From Klebsormidium nitens (Eukaryota; Plantae; Klebsormidiophyceae), in NCBI GenBank assembly GCA_000708835.1, contig DF237474.1, forward strand, positions 2,828 through 65,862: a DNA stretch of 63,035 nt, written 5' to 3'. The translations under genes were made by a program, and so were the position numbers. The stretch's first letter is position 1; the number at the start of each line of letters is the position of its first letter. This document shows, piece by piece, positions 11,195 through 22,201 of the stretch. The notes under the pieces are model-generated. The model was not told the DNA's origin. It searched no databases and worked only from the letters and a program-made list of their open reading frames with translations.

Positions 11195-13107
11195 AGGTTT
11201 AAAGGTTCTCTGCGTTTGGGTAAGTCATTTCGAGCTTGTTTCCTAGGACCTTGGTTACTCGGGTGACCTGGACTCTTTCTCTTTTCCGCTGCAAAAGCTT
11301 CTGGGTCATCATCGTCTAACTCGTCCGAGCTAGTGTAAGCATCTTCGTCAACAGACTCGGAATCAGAACCGTCTCGGACTTCGACCTGCAACTCCTCTAA
11401 AAGTTCTGGCATGCCTTCGTCCCGGTCGGTAATAATAACCTCCAAACAGTGGGTTTCCTTAGGTTTGTCAGGACAATCGAATCGGTGAGTACCCCATCTA
11501 CGGCAACAATCCAAGCGGGGAACTTTGGGTGGATTATTGCATTCGCGGAGCAGATGGCCGTGCTCCAGACACTTATGACACTGCATAGCCCTAAGTCGGT
11601 CGTCGATCAGAGGCTGTGGGTTAGCGACGTAACCAGGATTGCCAACTCGTCGTTTGCTTACTTCAGTCCTTAAGGAATCCAGTCCTTCACTGACTGCATG
11701 GATCTGTTGACTCAAATCTTCACCAGGCATTATGCTGTAGATAGTCTCATACTCGCGGGCGGCTGCAATTGCATCATGCACAGTCTGAGGAGCACGCCCA
11801 ATCACAGTGTCCCTGACATTTGGGTGAAGGTTTTTGATAAAGTGGATCTTTTGTTGCTGGGGAACAAGGTCAAGTTCATTGCTGAAAATACCGCATCATT
11901 TTGGTTGAGTATTCACCAACAGATTGCTTCCCCGGCTTATACTGGGTCATTTCAATGTAGATCTGATCATAGTTATTGGTGCCAAATTGCAGACGGAAAG
12001 CACTTTTGAAGTCTTCAAAGGTTTGGTCACCCGGTTGAGTGCCTGCCCAATTCTTTGCATAATCCACACAACACATTTATAGCATAATTGGCCATTTGGT
12101 CTTCCGGAATGTTATGCATCCGTTTGATTCTGTTCATGTCAGCCAGCCAGTCCAAAGCATCAATACCTGTCTTCTTCCCATTGTACTTTGGCATGTGGTG
12201 TAGGGCGGGTAGATTCACGCGTGGCCCAGCCATGGGCGGTGCAACGACTGCGGTCTCTGTGAAAGTGGGTGCTCGAACGCTGACCTGAGGTTCATGTGTG
12301 GTTTGTGAATCTGACACATGTGGTTGAGTCCGGAAAGGCATCGGCCGAGAGCCTGGGTTGATGAACGTGGCTGCCTGACTTGACGGATTGTCTGAGAAAC
12401 ATAAGGGGGTGTGGACATGCGAGAGTTACCAGTAAAGAGAGTAGGTCTGTTTACTTCTGGGTGAGAGGCAGCAGCGAGGGCAGCAGCTACACTGGTAGAT
12501 TGAGCTGGTTCTAAAGGTGCAAAACTCACAGCTGCATGTGGTACATGGCCTGAATACGCCTCATAGGTTGGGGCAACATTGCGTGGATAAGCTGCGAAAG
12601 CTCGCTGAGCATCTACGTATGCAGCTCTCATGATGTCTTGAAGCTGCTCCCGAGAGAGTGTAATGCTTTCACTGTGTGTGGGCTGAGTTGTGGCTGACTG
12701 AGTTGTGATTACGGGCACTGTGTTTGGTGACTGTGGTCGAGAGGCAGGATTTGTTGTGCTCCAGTTCAATGGCAAGGCGGAAGCATCCAAGCAGACAACG
12801 AAGGCAATGCTGGAACAGTCTCATTGCTCCTGGTTGCTCTAAATTGGAAAGCTGGTGCTGAAGTGGCTTGAGAAATGGGGTTTGTGGTTGGCTGAGTGCT
12901 TGTCGTTGGTAGAATGCTTGTCATTGCGATGGATGTCGAAGCAAGTGCTGAGCTAGAACCCCCAAGATTCAATGCAGAAAGCCTGTTAGCTAGCTCAATG
13001 TCAACCGCTAAGGTTTGTGTCATAGGTGGTGGGTCAGACACGGCTGTGGATGTTGTGGTTTGTCCTGAAGGGCCTTCCCCTGAGGGATTGTTATGATCTG
13101 GCCCCAT
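11179..13107 (-). pseudogene. gag: E2 gag (capsid-like region plus CCHC knuckle), several frameshifts
   Basis: MPKYNGKK...DALDWL; TFEDFKSAFRLQFG; CHKCLEHGHLLREC. Confidence 0.85.
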
Positions 13108-13724
13108 TCTTCACACTTTAATCCCAAACACACCTTAAGCTTAGGCTCAGGCACATGGTTTCACAGAAAGATTGAGGGGCAGTCCCGAGGGAGAGGAATG
13201 CATGAAAAGCAGCTAAGCACACCAGACCAGTTCAAATCCACAAAGCTTAAAATCAGTCTCCAAAAAGCAAATGTTCCACTGGAGGTGGCTTGAGCTGTTT
13301 TTAGCTTACCTTACAGGCTGTTCGTGGCCTTGGTCGAATGCTCCGAGCTCTTCTTGCCCTAGCTCCGCGAGCAAGAAGATCCTCAGTCTCAGGGGCACTC
13401 CCTTGGTTTGGGTCTACAGCAAACCTAGATGGTGCAGGATTTTTGGGCTTCTTCCCTGCCAAATATTCTTTCCAGAAAGACATCAAGTTCTAGGATTTGC
13501 CAACAAGGCCCTGGGTCTTGCTAATGCTGGTCAACGCAAGGTCCAGGACATGCTCCCTGGAAAATGGGTCTGGCGTTATAGGTAATTGTTTTCAGGTCAA
13601 TCAATCAATCTACGTTTGCTTCCTCCCTACTTAGGTCGTTTTTAGGTTCAGAGCAAAGCTGGGTTGCCAAGAAACACCTCCAAGACGTGATTGGTCTTGT
13701 GAGGAAGACACAAACAGAAGTGTT

Positions 13725-13742
13725 TCCCCGGCATCGGCGCCA
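13725..13742 (-). promoter_or_regulatory. E2 primer-binding site complementary to the tRNA-Asp 3' end
   Basis: TGGCGCCGATGCCGGGGA directly follows B1. It matches 17/18 to the complement of the land-plant tRNA-Asp(GTC) 3' end as I recall it (TGGCGCCGTTGCCGGGGA, the Athila-type PBS). Confidence 0.85.
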
Positions 13743-14534
13743 AGAAATCGCCTTGCTCCAAGACCTGCTATCTGTGTACGTACGGACTGACAGGGCATGC
13801 AGGTCAACGCACGTATGGCAATAAGTACAGATTAGGTCGGAGTCACGTAGGTCAAGATAGCATGCAGTACAGTAGTATGCAGTACAGGTCAGCGTAATAT
13901 ATGATGCACTCAAGTCGGTATGGAACAGAGCACAAAACATACAATAGCACAGGCAATAAAACAACAATGGCTGCCGCGGCGGCGGCACAAGCACAGGCAA
14001 TGGGAGGGCAACCAAACACTTGGGGTTCCAAGTGGATTCCGTTCTCTTTTGGCGTTGAGAAGGAATGACTTTACAATTCAAAATCCTTCTCTTCATTCCT
14101 AATTGTCTCTAGCCTATAGGCTGTCAGCGACACGGTCGGCCTCTCCACGCAATGGGAATCGGCACGCTGGCAACTGACAGCCTTCACTAAAATATCTAGG
14201 CCGCTACTTTGGAATTGGGTTTGAATGCTACGGCCGTCTTCACTTATGCAATGAACTTATTCTTGTTGTTTCCTATGCAACTTCCTTGCATCCTCCTCGC
14301 TTCCCGAATCTTTTTCCCGGCATGCCACGTGTCCTCCTATGATTGGACGGCTATAAGCCGCCAACTTCAGCCGCACGTTTGTTCATGTTCACACTTGATT
14401 GGGGTGTTGCCACCAATGATTGGCTCCGGTTGCAGAGGTTTACAGGGTTTGGGATGGGTTGGTCGCGCGCATGCGCCCGCAGTGCTCTGGGTAGGCTAGT
14501 GAGTCTGTGAGGTTAGTAAGGTTTTGACGTAACA
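13743..14534 (-). repeat. E2 LTR segment B1 (5' copy); ends ...GATTTCT with no CA before the PBS
   Basis: Direct repeat of 3176-3972; starts TGTTACGTC. Confidence 0.9.
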
Positions 14535-14639
14535 AAGAACGTTTCATCACGTATGACAGGCTGGCTTTTGACAGTCTGGCAACCTTGTATTCGGATATTT
14601 CAAGGATCCTTTAAGATCACTTGATCACCGAACGAGTAT

Positions 14640-15130
14640 CCTAGTCGAAGTCGTTACTTAGAACTATACTTCGCCTTAATAACCAAGGTTATTAAATAAT
14701 AGGATTCTTAGTAAGCCGCAACTTTCTATTGAATCCTAGATGCCTTTAGTCTCTTAGTCTATCTCGCTCTTAGGTATAGTCAATACAGTCGGTATAGACT
14801 ATACTTAAAATAGACTAATACTAATCGGCATAATGCCATTAGCCTATAGTCAATATCTTAGATATAGTCTATACATTCCTATATAGACTATACGTAGATA
14901 GACTGTACTAATCGGCATTTGTTTGCGTGGCCTAATAGGCCCTATAGGAGTATACTCAGTAGGGAATCTCAATAGAAAACTTGTCTTAGTAGCATTACTA
15001 CCGAAGTGTATTGCTACTACTATATAGTCTTACTATATAAGAGACCTTTGATTAGAAGTACTTCCTATACTACGGCGTTTTACTTAGTAGTATTAGTAGC
15101 CTTAATTAAATAAGACTCTACTGAGTAGCG
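14640..15130. other. TpA-rich, TpG-poor degenerate tract
   Basis: Hand count gives about 10-11 TpA per 60 nt in 14821-14940, while CpG is still present. No ORFs. Confidence 0.6.
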
Positions 15131-15261
15131 AAGCCTCTAATCGAAGATTCCGAGGAACCTTTTGTCTGCGTGAACTCGGTGAGTTCGTTCGCCCGCATAA
15201 TCCGGGAAGAGTTCGGATGCGACCGTCCGCGGTTCGGCGCAGTCCATTCCGGTCGGGCCGG

Positions 15262-15420
15262 TGTCGTGCGATATAACGTCGGCGTTTGATTGACGTCGGT
15301 TACATGAAGTGATGAGACACATGGATCGGCTAAGCGTTAAAAAGTACATGATACGAGCAATTGGCGGTATATGTTGAGTAAACAAGGCGGCATGGATGGA
15401 ATTCATAGTCATTCATTATC
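15262..15420 (-). repeat. E3 segment A2 (159 bp, terminal)
   Basis: Copy of 16133-16291 with 2 substitutions seen. Confidence 0.95.
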
Positions 15421-16130
15421 GGGGTCGGGCCCCTTCCCTTGGTTAAGGATTGATTGAAAGGACACGATGGTTTCTTAAGCTGGCGCTCAGAAAAGTATGG
15501 CTGGTATATGGCACGTTATGAACAAGCTGTATTGGAGGTGGCTTGTGCTAACATTCAAGGTAATCCCCACAGCATCCACNNNNNNNNNNNNNNNNNNNNN
15601 NNNNNNNNNNNNNNNNNNNNNNNNNNNNNNNNNNNNNNNNNNNNNNNNAGTGTCCGGTGGCGATGGATAGTTAACTTGAATGAAAGTCAAGTTGGAAATG
15701 GCTGGGCCATTGACTTAAGTACCCGTGGATTCGCATAACGAGTTTGGACATCCACTTGCATGCTGCAGCTGGCTGCGCAGCATGCTATAGGGTACGCGAC
15801 GGCCGGTATCATAACCTGGTGACTCATGGTGACATAACCGGTTAGTGGCTGGTTACGTCCCCAGGGAACGTTCGAAAACGTACCCGGATTCAATCGCGGA
15901 ACCTTGGTTGCAATAATTGGATTGTGGATAACGGGTTGCACCAATGGATGTCCAGTATGATGTGACTGATCCATAGCCAATCCGTGACGAGCCTGCGAGG
16001 TTATGGTTAGATGTGCTAACTGCGGTCGGTTTAAGCTAACTAACTTATCTAAGTATGTTACGACATGCCACGTGTCCCATGCTGGTTCGCCAAGCGACGC
16101 GTTATGGCAGCGACGCGTTGTGGCATGACA
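15421..16130 (-). repeat. E3 segment B2 (contains N-gap 15580-15648)
   Basis: Copy of 45134-46155 on both sides of the gap; about 9 substitutions seen. Confidence 0.9.
15580..15648. other. Assembly gap (N run)
   Basis: 69 N. The matching stretch in B1 is much longer, so the gap size is underestimated. Confidence 0.95.
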
Positions 16131-16132
16131 GC

Positions 16133-16291
16133 TGTCGTGCGATATAACGTCGGCGTTTGATTGACGTCGGTTACATGAAGTGATGAGACACATGGATCGG
16201 CTAAGCGTTAAAAAATACATGATACGAGCAATTGGCGGTATATGTTGAGTAAACAAGGCGGCATGGATGGAATTCATAGTCATTCATCATC
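16133..16291 (-). repeat. E3 segment A1 (159 bp) directly after the PPT; joined to B2 by the spacer GC
   Basis: Minus strand reads PPT-GATGATGAATGAC...CGCACGACA-GC-TGTCATGCC. Confidence 0.95.
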
Positions 16292-16298
16292 CCCCCCT
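16291..16298 (-). promoter_or_regulatory. E3 polypurine tract
   Basis: AGGGGGGG on the minus strand, abutting A1. Confidence 0.85.
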
Positions 16299-16513
16299 AA
16301 GCCACCGAGTTGTCCCGACGAGGTTTAGGGCTTCAAGATTGAAGTGGTCAGGGATATGAAGAGTGAATTTGTGCCATATTCCTAAAATCCGTAATTTTGT
16401 TAATGTGCTAGGCTAAAATGTGAAGAGTGGTCCTTTGCCACCATACAAGTATGGCATCAGCTCTGACCCAAGATCGCGGAGCGGGGGCGCGGTTCGACTA
16501 ATCACATGTCTGC

Positions 16514-17155
16514 TCAAATATTGCCGTATCGTTGCATGAAGAAGTAAGTGCAGTCTGCGGTATGAGTACTTTGGCCTACATCGACTTGTCGCTCGATGAA
16601 TTCCAACATTGCGTCTCTGCGCGGCGTACTCATTCGTCTAGTGGTGACGGTTTCCTGTGGGAAATGTGCGGCGCACTCTTCTAATACTTCGTTTATTTCG
16701 GTGTGCGGCCATTTGGCAAGTAAGTACTGGCGCACGTTGATCGGGGTGCGATCAAGATCGTTTTCTCGTTCTAGTACAAGTAGTTCCCTATGCATTTGGT
16801 CAATGAGAGCATACCAGGTGCGATAGCTATGCACTAGTTGTTTAATTCGGTTGCGCCATTTTCCCATTCGCCAGGCGAGTTGGACCTTCTTAGTGGGCCA
16901 CCAATATTCATCCCACTCATGAATGGCTAACTTTTTGAGATGATCATAATATATATTCGGTGTGTAGGAAGGTGGTAAGTCTTCCAGGCCAGGAGTTGGG
17001 GGTGGGCCCCATCCTGAACTCTGAATTTGTTGTGACGGGTTGTCCCCGGGTTGTTGTGCTGAGCTGGATGCCATGCTTCCTGTATGAGTGAAAACATAGG
17101 TTAGACTTTGCCCCTCTTGCTTGGAGCTTATAAAGCGCATCGTGGGCAAAACCAA
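16514..17155 (-). CDS. E3 extra ORF (up to 213 aa) between the PHD finger and the PPT; function unknown
   Basis: Open frame with a complex Trp-rich core (HEWDEYWWPTKKVQLAWRMGKWRNRIKQL). No family recognised. Confidence 0.45.
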   Translation of the reverse strand: MVLPTMRFISSKQEGQSLTYVFTHTGSMASSSAQQPGDNPSQQIQSSGWGPPPTPGLEDLPPSYTPNIYYDHLKKLAIHEWDEYWWPTKKVQLAWRMGKWRNRIKQLVHSYRTWYALIDQMHRELLVLERENDLDRTPINVRQYLLAKWPHTEINEVLEECAAHFPQETVTTRRMSTPRRDAMLEFIERQVDVGQSTHTADCTYFFMQRYGNI

Positions 17156-18686
17156 TCTCCCTTTGGGAGTCTCAGGATAGGTGGGTCCAGGCAGTCCATG
17201 TGGTAGCCCTCGCTACAGTAGTCACAAATAAGCATTTTGGCAGGTCGGTTTGTCTTCTTGCAAATCTGACAAGCCCAGTCCTCATCGTATCCGGAAAGTG
17301 TGGTGTCCATGGTGAGGTCTGTGGCTGGATTGTGACACGGAGCACAATTCTCAACGTGATCTTTAACCGTTTTGCCCTCTCTGCCCTGCAATCCGAGCGC
17401 TCCATTAGGTAGGATCTCCTTAATTCTCAGGATGATGCGGCCTACATTGACATCGAGGGTGTCAACTTTTCTGCAACGCAGGTAGACCAAGTCTCCTACT
17501 TCAAACCTCTTAACTTTAGGGCTCCAATTGCCAGTACGTGTTTTGGCGTACCATAAAGTGTCCCGGTGTTGCGCTGCTTGCAGGTTGCTGAAGGCTATAG
17601 GGATAGCCTTTTTGAACTCCTCTGAACGTGCTGTAATGATTTTCTCCCACACGTCAGGGTTATCCAGGTCGACAGGTGTGTTGACCATTTCTCGGAGGGT
17701 TGCTACTACCACGGGATGTCGGCCAAACATTAGGAAGTAAGGTGAGTAGTCCCCTAATGACGTTTTCTTTGACATGCGGTACCCCATGGCAATCCAAGGG
17801 ATCCACTTATCCCAGGTATCAACTGCATGTGTTAATACGTACTTTCGTACGGCCCGCTTAGTGGTCTGAACTGCGCGTTCAGCGAGGCCCTCGGCTTGAG
17901 GGTGATCGCGTGAAGTTTCACGGTGATTAATGAGAAGTTCTTTACATAAGGTGTCAAATTCTCCTTGGAATTCTTGCCCTTGATCAGTAAGTACTTCCGC
18001 GGGTGCACCAAATGAGTGCAAACTTGAAGGAAAGCCTTTGCAGTTTCCTCAGAGGTATTGTTGGGGAGTGGAACTAGCTCCAACCACTTTGAGAAGTGTT
18101 TTATCATTACCATGATGTAATGATATCTGGATGCTGATGGGGGAAGCGGCCCTGCTAGGTCGCAACTCCATTGGTACCCTAAGCCCATGATTGGAAGGGG
18201 CTTGAGTACTGAGTCCTTGATGTTGAAACTGGTTTTTACGCGGTCACATACATGACAGCTAGCCACTAATTGCGCGATTTGTTCGTGCATTCTTGCCCAC
18301 CAGTGTGTGGGTTCTAACAAGGAGTAAGTTCTTTTTACTCCGAAGTGACCGAGTTGCTTGTGAATATGAGCCACTAATGCTGCCCTGGCGTCAGGCGCCG
18401 GCACTCGTTTTAAGATGCCATCGTTGGTCAGCTTCATGAGAGCATGGTTCTCAAACTTATAGCTCTGTGCTCGTCGCCGTATCCGGTCCCGTTCCTTGGG
18501 GCCTGCATGGCTGGGGTAGACACAATTATTCTGCAGATATTGTATCGTGTTGTGATCAGACCAGATATCGGGGATGGGGGCCAATTCCGGGTCGTCACCT
18601 AGGAGATCACCATCTTTATCTGTCCCTTGGAAGTGTGATTCAATTGCGTCTGTCCCCGTGACGCCGGTAACTGACTCAGTTACCAA
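17128..18686 (-). pseudogene. pol: E3 integrase with C-terminal PHD finger (one frameshift near 18020)
   Basis: HIHKQLGHFG...CHVCDRVK; WSCDLAGP; VLTDQGQEF; HPQAEGLAER; CQICKKTNRPAKMLICDYCSEGYHMDCLDPPILRLPKGDWFCPRC. Confidence 0.95.
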
Positions 18687-18737
18687 GTCTAATTCTGATT
18701 GGGATTGGTCTGGGGCAGAATTGACTTGCAGAGGAGG

Positions 18738-21013
18738 TTACGCGGAAGATTCGCCAGATGGAATCGCAATTTCCTGATTGACATAAAGATCTTGGGCGGT
18801 ATTCCGATCTTGTGCTTCGTGCGGTTGGTTGGCACGTGTTATGGTTGAGATGTCAGCACTTACCGTAGGGCGAAGTTGCCTTGAAGCGCATGCCCTTTGC
18901 TTCATGACGTGTCCTGTAGTCGGCAGGTCCCCCGTCGACAGTCTCAGCACGGGATAGGAGTCAACTTGGCTTGTTGTTCCCAGGTTCAGGTCTCTGCTCT
19001 TTGAGCTTGCATGCACATGTCGGGATGCATGATGGAAAGGATAGACTTCTCTCTGGATTGGTCGTCCCTGGCTGCTTTCAGTCGACTTAGCAGTCCATTG
19101 TTGACTTACAGTTCTAGCTAGCATTGTAGCTAAGACGCTGGGCGAGTCAACTGAGGGCGGCTTGCTTTCATTAGCAATCCCCTCCTTCTGAATAGTCAGC
19201 AGGCTATTCGAAGCTTCAGTGTCGTTCTGACTTCTAGTGGCATTGGATCGCTCTAAGGTGCGATTTTCACTCAATTCGTTCGGTTGGACATGGTCCATTC
19301 TGGCACCGGTAGAATCTACCTCTGACGGAAGCGGGTTGCGAGACAATCCATCTGCATCTAGGTTCTTAATTCCTGACCTGTGTTTGATGTAGATGTCATA
19401 CTCCTGAAGAATGTTAGCCCATCCGGCGTGCATTCCTCTTAGCTTCTCATTGGTCATTAACCATTCTAACGGTTCATGGTCTGTAATCAGAGTAAACTTG
19501 CGGCCGTACAAGTAATACCTGAAGTGGGAAACAGCCCAAACCGCAGCTAAGCACTCACCGTGGTAGCTGGAGTAATTGCGTTCCGTCTTGTTACAACTGC
19601 GACTGGCATAGGCAACGACATACTCGTTGCCCTCATCATCTCGTTGGGTGAGCACTGCGCCAAGCCCTTGTGCACTCCAGTCGGTGTGCAGCTCGAATTC
19701 GCGCTTGAAGTCGGGCCGGCGAAGGATGGGTGCTTCTGTTAAATGCGTCTTCAGCGTATCAAACGCCCGTTGGCATTCAGTCGTCCAGTCATATGATACT
19801 CCTTCCTGCAGCAAGTGGTTTAGTGGGTTTGCTATCTTGCTGTAGTTCTTGACGAACTTCCGATAATATCCGGCAGTTCCTAGGAAGGCTCTTAGTGCGC
19901 TTACATCTGGAGGAGGTGGGATTCTTAAGATTGCTTCCACCTTCTTTTCCTGCACTGCGGTTCCTTTAGGGACAATCAGGTGTCCCAGGTATCCTACGTC
20001 GGGTACGGCGGCGCGCATCTTTTTAGGATGGCATTTGACCCCTCTGTCTCTGAGTTGTTGAAAGACTTGTTTCAGGTGGGCCAGGTGTTCTTCGAAAGTT
20101 CTGCTGAACACTATTAAATCATCAATATAGCGGCGGCAAAAAGCTCTTTCGGCGCGGAGGGTTTAGTCCATGACCTTTTGAAAGAAGGCTAGTGCGTTCT
20201 TCAGTCCAAATGGCATGACCAACCATTCGTACAACCCGTCTGCTCCCCAGAATGCGGTCTTGCAGCGATCTTCTTCTGCAATCCGTATCTGATTGTAACC
20301 TTGACGAAAATCCAAGGTAGTGAACACTTTTGCATCGCCTATGACGTCGAATATTTCCTCTGGTGTTGGTATCTGATAGTGGTCAGGGACACTTACCCGG
20401 GTGAGGCCACGGTAGTCTCCGCAAGCTCTTCGTTGCGTCCAGTCTCCGTTTTCGTCCTTCTTTGGTGGCATAGTAATGGGGGAGGCCCATTGTGAGGTTG
20501 ACGGTCTAAAGAGGCCATTCTTAAGTCGTTCTGCCACTTGTTGCGCTAGGTCTTCCTTTTCTGACTGCGCTAACCGGTACTAGTGTTTGAATATTGGTGT
20601 CTCGTCACTGACTGGAATTTCGAATTCCACTCCAGGAATAGTAGTCATCTCTTGCATGTTGAAGGCGAAGATGTCTTTAAAACTGTCCAGGAGCTCTGTT
20701 AATTGTGCTTGTTGTATTTCAGTCAGTGAGTCTCCTATAGGCCAGCTCCATTCCTCTTCTGTTGTTTTTGCAGGGTTTACAACTAAACCTTTGTCTTCTG
20801 CAGGTCCTACTGTTGGACTTGCCTGCTTGGCAGCTTCCTTTGGCTGCTGGCCGGGACTCTTTGAATTTCCGGCTGATCTGCCGTCTCTCGGCTGATCCTT
20901 AGAACCACCAACGTGATTTATGTGCTCGCCGGGCGAGCGCTCGCTGCCCTTTCCTGCGCGTCTCAGTTGAAGTTTGGCTTCTTGTCTGCTGAGGGGATGG
21001 TCAGGGCTGTCTT
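18738..21013 (-). pseudogene. pol: E3 reverse transcriptase and RNase H
   Basis: RRACGDYRGL; FTTLDFRQGYNQI; MPFGLKNA; RRYIDDLIVF near 20110-20140; FELHTDWSAQGLGAVL; KNLDADGLSRNP. Confidence 0.95.
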
Positions 21014-21672
21014 TGCCATGCCGTGGGGCGTCCGTGCCGTACCACGTAGCGCGCGCGCCCGCGGCTGGCGGCATAGAGGGTGGCAACCGGCGGGAGTCAT
21101 CCACGCGGCTGCCTCAAGGGTTTCGAGGCTCCGGTGGCCTGTCAAGTGTGCACCGGGATGACCACATGGATCCGGTTCAGTGGCTCCGGTGTGACCACAC
21201 AAATCCGGTCAAGTGACCAATAGCTGTACGAGGTCACACGAGTGTAGCAGATGCTAGAGTTGCTAGTTGTTGACCTCCGGCCGAGTGTAGATCTGGAGCT
21301 GTAGGCTGATCTCCGGCCAAGAGGTAGTAGTAGTATATCTACTTGCTTCTAGAGTAGTGTGACTCACTTCTCAAGTTGCAAGTTCTCCGTGAGTATCCTT
21401 GTGAGGACAATGGCGCCTAAGCATGAGAGAAGGACCTGTTGACAGCGAGCAGCGATCTCCGGTGCGGAGCACGACTCCGGTGATGTGAGTGTTGAGCTGT
21501 GTGCAATGGAGGCTTTCTTGTCATGCGAGTCATTGGGAGGCCGGAGCAATGTATGAGGAGTCAAGGCATAGCATGGGGTATGTATGTCAATGTATGGTTG
21601 TATGGTCTGTATATCGGTGACTATCCCTTTGAGCAAGCACCCAAGTGTAAAGCCGAGAAGTGGCATTTACTT
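21014..21672 (+). repeat. E4 segment B1 (5' partial LTR)
   Basis: Copy of 34753-35408 with about 10 differences. TATA-like gtatatct near 21343. Confidence 0.95.
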
Positions 21673-21687
21673 GCAACTTGAGAAGTG
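21669..21687 (+). promoter_or_regulatory. E4 putative self-priming PBS
   Basis: ACTTGCAACTTGAGAAGTG is the exact reverse complement of 21365-21383 inside B1. No TGG-type tRNA match abuts the repeat. Confidence 0.75.
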
Positions 21688-22201
21688 CTTGCTTGGTGGT
21701 CACTAGAGGCCTAGTGGTCTTGTCAAAACTGAGGGGGGGTAGCTAAGATTGCACTTTGCCCTGCAGTGACAGGATTGTTTCCAGTTGCGTGTGTTGCGTT
21801 TCGGGAGCGGTGATCAGCCAAGGGGCTGGACCGGTGGCATAAGCAGGGACCTGTGGTTTCTCTAGCACCGGTTAGCAACTTAGAAAGGGGGCCTGAGCTT
21901 GGGTCCTCTTTGTTGCTGTTCCCGAGCTTGGTATAGCTTGGAAGAGACCTCTTTGAGCTTGGGGTATCCTGGAAATAGGTACCGGAGCTTCGTAAGTGCT
22001 TGTCTTAGGGCCCGCGAAGGGTGCCGGAGGACTGTTAGTGCTTGTCTTAGGGCCCAGGAAGGGTACCGGAGGACAGTAGGTCTTGTCTTAGGGCCCGCTA
22101 AGGGTGCCGGAGGACAGGTCTGAGCACCGGAGTGTGCTTGGGTCAAAGGGGCTAGCTATAAGATTGTAGCTTGTAACTCCCAGTCACGCTGGTCTCTGCG
22201 T

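Larger units (their letters stand above)
3167..14534 (-). mobile_element. E2: Ty3/gypsy (Athila/Tat-like, tRNA-Asp PBS) retrotransposon with permuted terminal repeats, degenerate
   Basis: Minus strand starts TGTTAC (14534) and ends GTAACA (3167). ~790-bp direct repeats at 13743-14534 and 3176-3972. Domain order gag-PR-RT-RH-IN. Flanks share only AAG (3164-3166 and 14535-14537). Confidence 0.9.

Noticed and set aside
13271-14499. ORFs in the E2 leader and LTR, including the Cys/Tyr-rich 13605-14096
   Set aside because: They lie in LTR or leader sequence, are broken differently in the other LTR copy, and have no domain.
21692-21710. TGGTGGTCACTAG as a tRNA PBS for E4
   Set aside because: It lies ~20 nt from the repeat end and I could not match it to a tRNA. 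The 19-nt self-complementary site abuts the repeat.
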